Position numbers and translations under genes: made by a program. Under the pieces are notes generated by a model, which saw only the letters and a program-made list of their open reading frames with translations, was not told the DNA's origin and ran no database searches. A stretch of 63,445 nucleotides of DNA, filler included, from Octopus bimaculoides (Eukaryota), in NCBI RefSeq assembly GCF_001194135.2. It is 7 parts of 6 records of this genome, joined end to end, with 100 filler letters (N's around TTAATTAATTAA, not from the genome) between each part and the next. Parts side by side here need not be neighbours in the genome. Positions count along the whole stretch, not along the records: positions 31,270 to 43,950 come from NC_069000.1; positions 44,051 to 56,211 come from NC_068985.1; 5 more parts are not named here. One strand, 5' to 3'. Below, in pieces: positions 39,986-52,319 of this stretch; the first letter of the stretch is position 1; the number at the start of each line of letters is the position of its first letter.

Positions 39986-42374
39986 CTCAGAGTTGTTTCT
40001 TTAAAACTAACCCCATCCTCCCGCTCTTTGAGTATCCCATTCTGTCTGTCTGTCTGCCTCTCTCTCTCTCTTTCTTTCTCTATCTGTATCCTATTCTCTC
40101 TTTCTTACACGATTGTTTTTTTGTTAAAACACTAATTCTGTCACATTAAGTTGACAACATACCATCACTAATTCTGCCTTTGTTATCTCCCCCTATTACT
40201 CGCTCTTTCTCTTTGATTTCTTCCATTGCTATCTTAATGGATTTCACAAATTTAGAACGATGAGTTCATCTGCCGTGTAATAGAAGAGACAACACTGTTG
40301 TCTTGGGAAAACCATTTCTTCAGCAGAGAAGAAATAAAATAGATACATATATAAACAAACAAAAAAAAAAAAGAAAAAGGAAAATATTTTTTTGCCAATG
40401 AAGGGTTTTGCTCTCCAAGGCAGAAGAATTATCCAAATTTATGATTTTTTACTGACACAGGTAACCACTAGTTTCTTCGGGTTGTTGACATTTTTTTGTT
40501 TTCCGTCTTTATAGTTTTCACTTTCAGAAAACAAAACTCCNNNNNNNNNNNNNNNNNNNNNNNNNNNNNNNNNNNNNNNNNNNNNNNNNNNNNNNNNNNN
40601 NNNNNNNNNNNNNNNNNNNNNNNNNNNNNNNNNNNNNNNNNNNNNNNNNNNNNNNNNNNNNNNNNNNNNNNNNNNNNNNNNNNNNNNNNNNNNNNNNNNN
40701 NNNNNNNNNNNNNNNNNNNNNNNNNNNNNNNNNNNNNNNNNNNNNNNNNNNNNNNNNNNNNNNNNNNNNNNNNNNNNNNNNNNNNNNNNNNNNNNNNNNN
40801 NNNNNNNNNNNNNNNNNNNNNNNNNNNNNNNNNNNNNNNNNNNNNNNNNNNNNNCTCGTCCTCGTCCTCGTCCTCCTCGTCCTCGTCCTCCTCCTCGTCC
40901 TCGTCCTCCACCTCGTCCTCCTCCTCCTCCTCCTCCTCCTCGTTTCAGGAGGCGTGGCTGTGTGGTAAGACGTTTACTTCCTAACCACATGGTTCCGGAT
41001 TCAGTCCCATTGCGTAGCACCTTGGGAGAGTGTCTTCTACTATAGCTTCGGGACGACCAAAAGCCCTGTGAGTGGATTTGGTAGATGGAAACTGAAAGAA
41101 GTCCACCGTGTGTATATATATATATACAGTGTACATTTAAACACATCAGAGAGATGTCCATAATAGGACATCTAACCCGCTAGAAGGAGCAGTCAAAATT
41201 CCAAACCACAATTAGAGATAATTTCGAAATGGAATGATAAATAAAAACATTTACCATCTATTTTCCGAACCATAGTTTCAAGCTATTATTAGCAAAATAA
41301 AATAATATTTTGCAAGGCCAGCTATCATCAGCGGAAAAGCCAAGATTAACATATAAATACGAGGCATATATATATATATATATATATCTTTGTGTGTGTG
41401 TCTTTATGCATGCGTTTGTCCCGAAATATCGCTTCACAACGGGTGTTGGATTGTTTACGTCCCAGTAACTTAGCAGTTTGGCAAAAGAGCCAATAAAATA
41501 AGTACCAGGCTTAAAAAATAGTACTGGGGGCCGATTCGTTCGACTAAAAACTCTTCAAGGTGGTGCCCCAGCATGGCCCCAGTCTAATGACTGAAGCAAC
41601 GAAAGGATAACAGATTTAAAAAAATAAATAAAACAAAATNNNNNNNNNNNNNNNNNNNNNNNNNNNNNNNNNNNNNNNNNNNNNNNNNNNNNNNNNNNNN
41701 NNNNNNNNNNNNNNNNNNNNNNNNNNNNNNNNNNNNNNNNNNNNNNNNNNNNNNNNNNNNNNNNNNNNNNNNNNNNNNNNNNNNNNNNNNNNNNNNNNNN
41801 NNNNNNNNNNNNNNNNNNNNNNNNNNNNNNNNNNNNNNNNNNNNNNNNNNNNNNNNNNNNNNNNNNNNNNNNNNNNNNNNNNNNNNNNNNNNNNNNNNNN
41901 NNNNNNNNNNNNNNNNNNNNNNNNNNNNNNNNNNNNNNNNNNNNNNNNNNNNNNNNNNNNNNNNNNNNNNNNNNNNNNNNNNNNNNNNNNNNNNNNNNNN
42001 NNNNNNNNNNNNNNNNNNNNNNNNNNNNNNNNNNNNNNNNNNNNNNNNNNNNNNNNNNNNNNNNNNNNNNNNNNNNNNNNNNNNNNNNNNNNNNNNNNNN
42101 NNNNNNNNNNNNNNNNNNNNNNNNNNNNNNNNNNNNNNNNNNNNNNNNNNNNNNNNNNNNNNNNNNNNNNNNNNNNNNNNNNNNNNNNNNNNNNNNNNNN
42201 NNNNNNNNNNAGGTTCTGATTTCGGAGTGGTCTTTTCTTGAGCTTTTGGATTTATTCGATGACGATCATTCTATTTCACGCATGCGCGTCAAGTCTGGTC
42301 TCTGGTTTCAAGATAACTTTTTTTTTATCCTTCCAACAGTGTCCGAAGTGTCGAGAAAAGTCATGGGCCGCGTG

Positions 42375-42800
42375 CAGGTGTGGATATGGGGTAAAAAGTT
42401 TGCTTTCCGACCACATGATTCCGGGTCCATTCCTACTGCGTGACACCTTGGGAAGGAGTCTTCTACCATGGCTTCGGGTCAACCGAAGCCTTATGAGTGG
42501 ATTTGGTAGATGGAAACTGAAAGAAGCCCATCGTAAATGTGTGTGGGTGCGCGCGTGCGTATGTGTGTGTGTCTGAGTGTGTGTATCTTTGTGTCTGTGT
42601 TTGTCTCCTACCACCGCTTGAAAACCAGTGTTGGTGTGTTTACGTCCCCGTAAATTAACGGTTAGGTAAAAGACACCGATTGATTAAGCACCAGGTTTTA
42701 AAAAAATACTGGGGATCGATTTCTTCGACTAAAACTCTTCAAGGTTGTGCCCCAGCATGGCCGCAGTCTAACAACCGAAAGCAGTAAAAGATAAAAGATG
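42375..42800 (+). mobile_element. Bipartite SINE with internal (TG)n
   Basis: Head ggtgtggatatggggtaaaaagtttgct..caccttgggaagg and tail ..ccccagcatggccgcagtcta. Confidence 0.8.
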
Positions 42801-43734
42801 AAGCTCATACAACCAGCCCTCCCCACCCACAAAAAGTAACTACAGCAATAAAAAATATAATTAAATAATCCTGCCAAGTCTAGTAATTAGTGAAGAATTC
42901 CACCCTTTCCNNNNNNNNNNNNNNNNNNNNNNNNNNNNNNNNNNNNNNNNNNNNNNNNNNNNNNNNNNNNNNNNNNNNNNNNNNNNNNNNNNNNNNNNNN
43001 NNNNNNNNNNNNNNNNNNNNNNNNNNNNNNNNNNNNNNNNNNNNNNNNNNNNNNATGTGTGTGTGTGTGTACGTATGCATGTATGTATGTACGTACGTAT
43101 ATATATATATATATATAAAATAAAAGGGTAAAGGATTATTAATTTATTAATAAATTAATAATTAATAATTTTTACCGAGCCCTTCGGTATGTAAACACCA
43201 TTATCGGTGACGAACTTATTTAAAAGTTCTTATACATTTATAAACATAATTAAGGGATCAGTAACAATTGCTTCACCACATACCGAAGTTCAGAAATAGC
43301 AGCTAAAGTGCTGAAACTCCAACAGATAGCAATACTTGTTACTCACAAAGGCAAAACAAGAAGAAAAAATAACGAAACTAACCTGACTGCTATTTCTGAA
43401 CTTCGGTATGTGGTGAAGCAACTGTTGCTGATCCCTTAATTATGTAATTATGTTTATATATATATATATAAGTAAAATCAATCGTCAAAGTGGCTGTTCC
43501 ATGTTACTACTAGTTTAACCCCAGGCAGATCTTCCGCCAGCTGGTTATCAGTGCGGTGCTACACTCTTTATATACAGTATATATTGCTAGCAGGAGGAAC
43601 GAACCCCTACCATACTCTAGCAGACAACAGGATCGCGAGACTGACTCATTTTCGACATGGTTGGCTCACCTTCAGTGGCGTGTACCTGGTCGCCAGAGCG
43701 ATAGCCAGGGTCCGCTCCAGCCAGCAATATACTG

Positions 43735-43770
<36 letters not shown>

Positions 43771-43831
43771 AATATATAAAAACAAAAAGATAAAGAGAGC
43801 AAAGGTAAGGTTGAAGAATTTTATGGATAGA

Positions 43832-43880
43832 GTCTTACAGCTGTTTCTGGGAAGATCCAGTACTTCCCTTCATCGGAGAC
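43832..43880 (-). ncRNA. Minimal type I hammerhead-like fold in a PLE-type end
   Basis: GUCU-CCGAUGA-A-GGGAAG(8 nt)CUUCCC-A-GAAA-CAGCUG-UA-AGAC, with palindromic helix III. U4 is replaced by C. Confidence 0.5.
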
Positions 43881-44618
43881 AGAAAAAATAAAGTAATCTA
43901 TTATTATATCCATAGGTGGATATTTTTAGTATGAGGTGGTAAAGAGTGTGNNNNNNNNNNNNNNNNNNNNNNNNNNNNNNNNNNNNNNNNNNNNTTAATT
44001 AATTAANNNNNNNNNNNNNNNNNNNNNNNNNNNNNNNNNNNNNNNNNNNNTATATATATATACACACATATATATACAACGGGCTTCTTTCAGTTTCCAT
44101 CTACCAAATCCACTCACAAGGCTTTGGTCGGCCTGAGGCTATAGTAGAAGACACTTGCCCAAGGTGCATGCAGTGGGACTGAACCCGGAACCATGCGGTT
44201 CGTAAGCAAGCTACTTACTACACAGCCACTCCTACGCCTGATATTGTTTTCTACTCTAGGCACAAAACCCGAAATTTTTGGAGAAGGGGCCAATGGAATT
44301 TGAACTCAGAACGTAAAGACAGATGAAATACCACAAATCATTTCTCCCAGTGTGCTAATGATTCTGCCAGCCTGCCACCTTATGTATATTATATATGTTG
44401 GCAACCTGGCAGAATTGTTAACACACTAGGCAAAATGCTTAGCAGCATTTCATGAGTTCAAATTCCACCAAGGTGGATTTTGCCTGTCATTCTTTTAGGG
44501 TTGATAAAATAAGTGCGAGTTGAGCACTGGGGTCAATATAATTGATCTACTCTTGCTTCCCCGAACTTGCTGGCCTTCTTCCAAAATTTGAAAATAATAT
44601 ATGTGTATTATATATGTA

Positions 44619-44819
44619 ACTAGCAGTTTCCAAGTACCAATGAGGCTTTTTGGCACATCTTCAATTTTCCCCATTCATGAGAGGCGCCCAGCCATCATTC
44701 ATCTGAGAGTCCATCTACAGAATGTCCTCTCAAATTTCTATACAGCATATTTTGCCTTTTTTTCTTCAAGTATATAAGCAACAATTTCATTCCCGAGTAA
44801 CGCCGGGTGCCTCTGCTAG
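44619..44819 (+). mobile_element. About 200-bp non-autonomous Helitron derivative
   Basis: The internal block matches the Helitron Rep region at 14320-14400. 3' hairpin cccgagtaacgccggg (44792-44807) is followed by CTAG|T. Confidence 0.7.
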
Positions 44820-47040
44820 TACTACATACACACCGCTCTCTCACTCTGTCTCTTACAAACACACACATACATAAATATATACAAACATATTTACAAAGAC
44901 ACACGTGTGTATGCGCGTGTGTGCTGTGTGTGTGTGTGTGAGAGAGAGAGACAGACAGACAGACAGAGAGACAGAGACAGAGCCAGTGAAGGGGTGTGTC
45001 GACAATTATACGTACATACATAAATAGTCATACATTTCTTGTACGTATGTGTGAGAGAGAGAGAGAGAGAGAGTCACTGAAACATCTCTCTCTCTGTCTG
45101 TCTCTCTCTCTCACACACACACGTGCAGATATACACACAGCAAAGATGTATGCATATATATTTATGTATGTACGTAGACATCCAAAAAAAAAAATAATAG
45201 AAAATTTATTTACGGAAATTAATGAAGTGTGCGAGTTGAGAACGAAATCAAACCTGGAGTGTGTGAATGAGAGAGAGAGAGAATATATGAGATGAACATG
45301 GAATGCCCAAAAATCGTATAAATAAAAGCACGTTAAAAACTATCTTGTACGGAATATTTAAATTTATGAACTTCGTAAATATGTGTTTCAGTAATTGATC
45401 GTAGTAGAGAGTGAGAGACGTCGCCGTTTTTTCACGTCCGTACCGGTAGTTGACATTGAGAAACCTTTTTAAAGAAGTGAATCTTAACTATAAAGNNNNN
45501 NNNNNNNNNNNNNNNNNNNNNNNNNNNNNNNNNNNNNNNNNNNNNNNNNNNNNNNNNNNNNNNNNNNNNNNNNNNNNNNNNNNNNNNNNNNNNNNNNNNN
45601 NNNNNNNNNNNNNNNNNNNNNNNNNNNNNNNNNNNNNNNNNNNNNNNNNNNNNNNNNNNNNNNNNNNNNNNNNNNNNNNNNNNNNNNNNNNNNNNNNNNN
45701 NNNNNNNNNNNNNNNNNNNNNNNNNNNNNNNNNNNNNNNNNNNNNNNNNNNNNNNNNNNNNNNNNNNNNNNNNNNNNNNNNNNNNNNNNNNNNNNNNNNN
45801 NNNNNNNNNNNNNNNNNNNNNNNNNNNNNNNNNNNNNNNNNNNNNNNNNNNNNNNNNNNNNNNNNNNNNNNNNNNNNNNNNNNNNNNNNNNNNNNNNNNN
45901 NNNNNNNNNNNNNNNNNNNNNNNNNNNNNNNNNNNNNNNNNNNNNNNNNNNNNNNNNNNNNNNNNNNNNNNNNNNNNNNNNNNNNNNNNNNNNNNNNNNN
46001 NNNNNNNNNNNNNNNNNNNNNNNNNNNNNNNNNNNNNNNNNNNNNNNNNNNNNNNNNNNNNNNNNNNNNNNNNNNNNNNNNNNNNNNNNNNNNNNNNNNN
46101 NNNNNNNNNNNNNNNNNNNNNNNNNNNNNNNNNNNNNNNNNNNNNNNNNNNNNNNNNNNNNNNNNNNNNNNNNNNNNNNNNNNNNNNNNNNNNNNNNNNN
46201 NNNNNNNNNNNNNNNNNNNNNNNNNNNNNNNNNNNNNNNNNNNNNNNNNNNNNNNNNNNNNNNNNNNNNNNNNNNNNNNNNNNNNNNNNNNNNNNNNNNN
46301 CAGGACATCTTTGTGACTCTGTCACAACTGGACAGCAATCTATATTTCATGTGTAATATTGACGACTTTAAATTTCTGGCCGACATGATAGAACATGTCC
46401 CTTTGTCGCTGAGGGTTCGTTATGTTTTTTGCTGTTCACCGATTCCTAAAAAGCAACCGTTTGTCTGCACTGGTTTTCTCAAGGTTAGTCAACCCATTTG
46501 CTAATTCAAATAATTGAAAAAAATAAAATAAATGAAGTTAGAAACAATAACTGAACCTTCTCTTTATGTAGTTGGCAGGCCATCGGTTCCGATGACAAGG
46601 GTTCCAAGCTGATCCAATCGATGGGACGGCCTGCTCGTGAAATTAACGTGCAAGTGGCTGAGCATTCCACAGACACATGTATCCTTAACATTGTTCTCAT
46701 AGAAATTCAGCATGACAGAGAGTGTGACAAGACTGGCTCTTTGAATTACTGGTACATCTCTTTTTTGCCAGTTCAGTGAAATAGAATCTCTTGCTCAAGG
46801 ATGCAATGTGCCATCAGTTTCCAAACTCCTGACCTTCTGATCTTGAACTAAACACCCTAACCACTAAGCCACGTGCCTTCGCTCTCTTTATGTATGTGGC
46901 TTCTGTCTTTTGCGTATTTCAGTCACTGGGTTGNNNNNNNNNNNNNNNNNNNNNNNNNNNNNNNNNNNNNNNNNNNNNNNNNNNNNNNNNNNNNNNNNNN
47001 NNNNNNNNNNNNNNNNNNNNNNNNNNNNNNNNNTTTCCAG

Positions 47041-47518
47041 TTACCGCTTCCCAGACATGTTTCCAGATGTCGAACAAGTGCGCTACATGCAACACGAACT
47101 CGACTCCATCATTCAAGTTGGTGTATTTAACATCACCAGTTTGCTGAAGTCCAGCAAGCAACACACAACTGGAGTCAATGTTATTGACGACGATGAAGAC
47201 TTTGATATGCACAGTCGGTTGAAAAGATCTTTGAAGACTTCTCTTGCTGAAAAAAACGAAGGAGATTTGGATGAATTCTCTCCAGAATTGTTGGAGGATT
47301 ATGGTGAATACAATAAAAGTATCACTAGTAACAAGAAAACGCTCACAGACTCTTATGTAAATGCCAAAAACCTCCAGAGCGTTGGGAGGTTGGAACCAGG
47401 CCAAGGTAAACTCACTGCATATCTGTTGAAGAAAGGTTTGTTGACGCCAAAAGTGCTTCGTAAACTTCAAGAAGAATGGTCGTTAGAAGCTGACTATCAG
47501 AAAAAGAAGAAAAAGTAA
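47041..47518 (+). CDS. Terminal coding exon of an unidentified gene (about 158 aa visible)
   Basis: tttccag acceptor at 47039-47040, phase 2, open and non-repetitive to TAA at 47516-47518 (YRFPDMFPDVEQVRYMQHELDSIIQVGVFNITSLL...KLQEEWSLEADYQKKKKK). AATAAA follows near 47558 and 47598. The upstream intron is in a gap. Confidence 0.72.
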
Positions 47519-48202
47519 TGACAATTAATTAAAAAGACTTTTTTTATAGTTTAAAACAATAAAATAAATTTCTATTTTTAATTTGTTTCCTCGTACAATA
47601 AAAAAAGGGGGATAATTCACTCAAACTCAAGGGAGGTAACCCTTAATTGTTTGTATCTAGCACAATTGATTTCATAGNNNNNNNNNNNNNNNNNNNNNNN
47701 NNNNNNNNNNNNNNNNNNNNNNNNNNNNNNNNNNNNNNNNNNNNNNNNNNNNNNNNNNNNNNNNNNNNNNNNNNNNNNNNNNNNNNNNNNNNNNNNNNNN
47801 NNNNNNNNNNNNNNNNNNNNNNNNNNNNNNNNNNNNNNNNNNNNNNNNNNNNNNNNNNNNNNNNNNNNNNNNNNNNNNNNNNNNNNNNNNNNNNNNNNNN
47901 NNNNNNNNNNNNNNNNNNNNNNNNNNNNNNNNNNNNNNNNNNNNNNNNNNNNNNNNNNNNNNNNNNNNNNNNNNNNNNNNNNNNNNNNNNNNNNNNNNNN
48001 NNNNNNNNNNNNNNNNNNNNNNNNNNNNNNNNNNNNNNNNNNNNNNNNNNNNNNNNNNNNNNNNNNNNNNNNNNNNNNNNNNNNNNNNNNNNNNNNNNNN
48101 NNNNNNNNNNNNNNNNNNNNNNNNNNNNNNNNNNNNNNNNNNNNNNNNNNNNNNNNNNNNNNNNNNNNNATATATATATATATATAAATAAATATATATA
48201 GA

Positions 48203-50530
48203 CACGACGGGCTTTTTTCAGTTTCCGTCTACCAAATCCACTCACAAGGCTTTGGTCGGTCTGAGGCTATAGTAGAAGACACTTGCCCAAAGTGCCACGC
48301 TGAACCCAGAACCATGTGGTTGGTAAGCAAGCTACTTACCACACAGCCATTGCTGTAACTACCAGTGTTATCTATTTATTTATTTTATTTATTTATTACA
48401 GAACATGCTGTCCTAAAATATACCATTAAGAAAAAAAATCAAACAAATAAAAACCGTTGTCTTTCGTTAATAATTATAACTGGGGAGACATACTTTACGG
48501 ACGTTTATAAAAAAAATCTTGGGGTTTGACTTTAGAACGTACAAAGGTGATTTTGTTCGATGCCCTATTAATTGTACTAACCTACCACCCCCAAGATTGC
48601 TAATAGTGGTGCTAGGCTACACATTTTGGGGAAAAGTACTGTAGATTAAATCAAGCTCATTGTTAGACTGGTATAAGGCGGCGCGCTGGCGGAATCGTTA
48701 GCCCTCCGGACGAAATGCTTAGAATTGTGTCTAAGTAGGAAGAATTATTAATACTAATATTAATAAAAGGCAGCGAGCTGGCAGAACCGTTAGCACGCTG
48801 GACAAAATGTTGTTGCATTTCGTTCATCTTAACTTTTTGAGTTCAAATTCCACGGCCGTCGCCTTTGCCTTTCATCCTCCCAGGGATCGATAAAGTAGAA
48901 AGGATTATTAAACTGGTTTCTGTGCGATCGACAAGTAGGGAACATCTACACGTTCGCTCGACCTGCAAGAAATAGCTACTAAATCTCCACCAGATCACAT
49001 ATCTAAATAAAATATTTAAAAAATTACTTGTGAGATATAATTCTGTGTCCATTGTCAGATAAGCAAAAGACAGGGTGGTCACAGTTGGAGTACCTTTGAT
49101 CATAAGTCGGCTTAGAGTTGATCTAGGGGCTATTCACTCTCCAAATAGCCCTTAAAATATGACAGTCAGTCACACACAGCAGAATATAAGCCAAAATTGA
49201 AAGGGAGGTAACTAGATGTAGCAAAATATTTTAGTTGCTATTGTAACGATTGATTCACCTGACTTAATAATGGTGAAAATCATAATGGTTTCAAATTTTG
49301 GCACAAGGCCAGCAATTTCCGAGGATTTGTAAGTCTATTACATCAACCCCAATTCTCAACTGGTACTTATTTTATCGAAAGGATGAAAGGTAAAGTCGAT
49401 CTCGACGGAATTTGAACTCAGACGGTGAAGGCGGACGAAACGCGGCGAAGCATTCTTATTTCTTTATTGCCACAAGGGGCTAAACACAGAGGGGACAAAC
49501 AAGGACAGGCAAAGGGATTAAGTCGATTACATCGAACCCAGTGTGTAACTGGTACTCAATTTATCGACCCCGAAAGGATGAAAGGCAAAGTCGACCTCGG
49601 CGGAATTTGAACTCAGAACGTAACGGCAGACGAAATATTGCAAAGCATTTCGCCCGGCGTGCTAACGTTTCTGCCAGCTCGCCGCCGTACAACCAAAATT
49701 AATAACAATTTCTTACGCAAATTCTTATGCAATTTCTCTGGGATATGCNNNNNNNNNNNNNNNNNNNNNNNNNNNNNNNNNNNNNNNNNNNNNNNNNNNN
49801 NNNNNNNNNNNNNNNNNNNNNNNNNNNNNNNNNNNNNNNNNNNNNNNNNNNNNNNNNNNNNNNNNNNNNNNNNNNNNNNNNNNNNNNNNNNNNNNNNNNN
49901 NNNNNNNNNNNNNNNNNNNNNNNNNNNNNNNNNNNNNNNNNNNNNNNNNNNNNNNNNNNNNNNNNNNNNNNNNNNNNNNNNNNNNNNNNNNNNNNNNNNN
50001 NNNNNNNNNNNNNNNNNNNNNNNNNNNNNNNNNNNNNNNNNNNNNNNNNNNNNNNNNNNNNNNNNNNNNNNNATTCTTATTTCTTTATTGCCACAAGGGG
50101 CTAAACACAGAGGGGACAAACAAGGACAGGCAAAGGGATTAAGTCGATTACATCGAACCCAGTGTGTAACTGGTACTCAATTTATCGACCCCGAAAGGAT
50201 GAAAGGCAAAGTCGACCTCGGCGGAATTTGAACTCAGAACGTAGCGGCAGACGAAATACCGCTAACCGTTAATCGCTAACGATTCTGCCTGCTCACCACC
50301 TTAATATTAATATTGGTAATTCTTTCTACTGGAAGTACAAGGCCTCAAATTTTGGGGAAGGAATTAAATCGATTATATCGACCCCAGTGCATAACTGCAA
50401 CTTATTTAATCGACCCCGAAAGGATGAAAGGTAAAGTCGACATCGGCAGAATTTGAACTCAGAACGTAACGAAATACCGCTAAGCATTTAGCCCAGGGTG
50501 CTAACCGTTCAGCCTGCCCGCCGCCTTAAT
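48203..50530. mobile_element. Dense cluster of nested or tandem tRNA-derived SINEs
   Basis: Recognisable copies at about 48203-48345 (-), 48678-48730 (+), 48770-48900 (+), 49290-49450 (-), 49452-49688 (-), 50073-50300 (-) and 50330-50525 (-). Confidence 0.85.
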
Positions 50531-52319
50531 ATTAGTATTATTAATAATAACACAACTAGCCTTTTCCTCGTATCACAAGTAAAATATTACATCGTTACCT
50601 GACATCGAGTTGCATAGCGTTGAAGGGAGATAAATCTTAACAAATTATGACTGCAGTGATAAATTTCGTAATTTACCACTTGTATGAGTAGCAATGCTTT
50701 ATACACTATCTACAGCGCTACAACAAAGAATATCCGCTAGAAGTAGCAGTCAAATATTCTTTGAATCACACTTAAACATTGTAAAAAAAAATTGTGGAAG
50801 AAGTATTGGATAATGTGGTACTAAACGCAATATATCTGAATATTTGAGATGATAAAAAAAAAAATGGGAGAAGGGAAATTACTCAAACTGGCTAACTGGC
50901 AAAAATGTGGATATACAATACCGGACCGTTTACCCGGCTTTCAGAAATCCGGGGACACTATGTAATACAAGTATCCCTCCCGTTACAGCCACCTCAGGTT
51001 AGGGTATTTCACACTTACAGGAATTACAAAGTATGACCATTAATTTTGGGATACGGTCTGTAGTTTCCCTCATACGAACGAGGAATTCCAACCACGTTTC
51101 GTGGTTCGCCACCTCAACATCTCCTTTATAGGACCCAGTGGTTAAAGACATCTTGAGGAGGAACCACGTCTGGTTTCAGCCCCTGCTCCTCTACCGTTTT
51201 TTATGTGCCCCCCCCCCCGCTTTCGGAGGTGTCTTCAGCTCTGGTGTCGAGTACGTTTCTTCTTTCTCCTTTTTTCTTTTGTTCTTTGGTTTCTTCGATG
51301 AAGCCAAGTTTCCCTTTAAATACTCGCTGGTTGGCTCTTGTAGCCAGCACCAGTATAGCTATTAATTTCGGGATACGGTCTGTTGTTTCGCTCTTACGGA
51401 GACTCGTATTGCATTGTTTTGAAATTGTTAACAGTTTAAAACTACATTTTCGTCTAATTTCAATGGCTGCTTGCATTTTAAGATCAAAGTATATAGTTAA
51501 CGATTTGAAAAACTATCATGACGTTACACATACACACACACACAAGCACATACACACACACACGCATTCACATACGTAATTATGTATGTATGTATGTACA
51601 TACATATGTATATACATACATATGTATGTACACACATATGTATGTACGTATGTGTGTTTCTACGAACACGACAGCCACTACCAACAGCAACAGTAATGTA
51701 CAGTATGAAGTAGATAAGCAAATCCATTTGAAATAAAAACACATAATGTGGTCTCTGAGCGTATTTTCAAAGTTGAATGAAATGTCTTTGATCTCAGGTC
51801 TATAAGGAATGGCTTGAGACTAAGCAGCCACAACAATAGCAAGAACAATAAAACCGCTACAACACCAGCAATACTCGCCCAACGTCACTAACACCTAAAC
51901 TACTGCATCCCACATCATCCCCCACTACCAGACCACCAACTTTGGAATCCAACAGGCAACAACAGATATTAGCATCTACACCAACTCATGTATGCATGTG
52001 TATGTGTGTGAGTGTAACTGAGTGTGTGTAAATGTTTCTGTATATGAGTGCTTGCTTCTGTGTGTGTACGTGGTGTTGTGTATAAAATCTGGCTAACCTT
52101 TAGTTAACTGTAATCACATAGTACGTTCTCTTTTCCAGACATTCATCCTCTTGTCTCATTTTCATTTTTGCATTCATAGGAATGGGACAGTTTTCCACTC
52201 TCACAAAACAGGTCTTTCCAGGGCCAATTTTTTTATTACATATTTCTTGTGGATAATTAATTCCCGTAACTGTTGGATTTACTTTCATTTTAAGATGTCT
52301 TAGTGGGAAGCTATCAAGA

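Noticed and set aside
49452-50258. 186-bp SINE segment duplicated on both sides of a gap (49452-49637 and 50073-50258)
   Set aside because: The copies differ at one base, share private variants, and the second starts exactly at the gap edge. Redundant or haplotype assembly is more likely than a real duplication.
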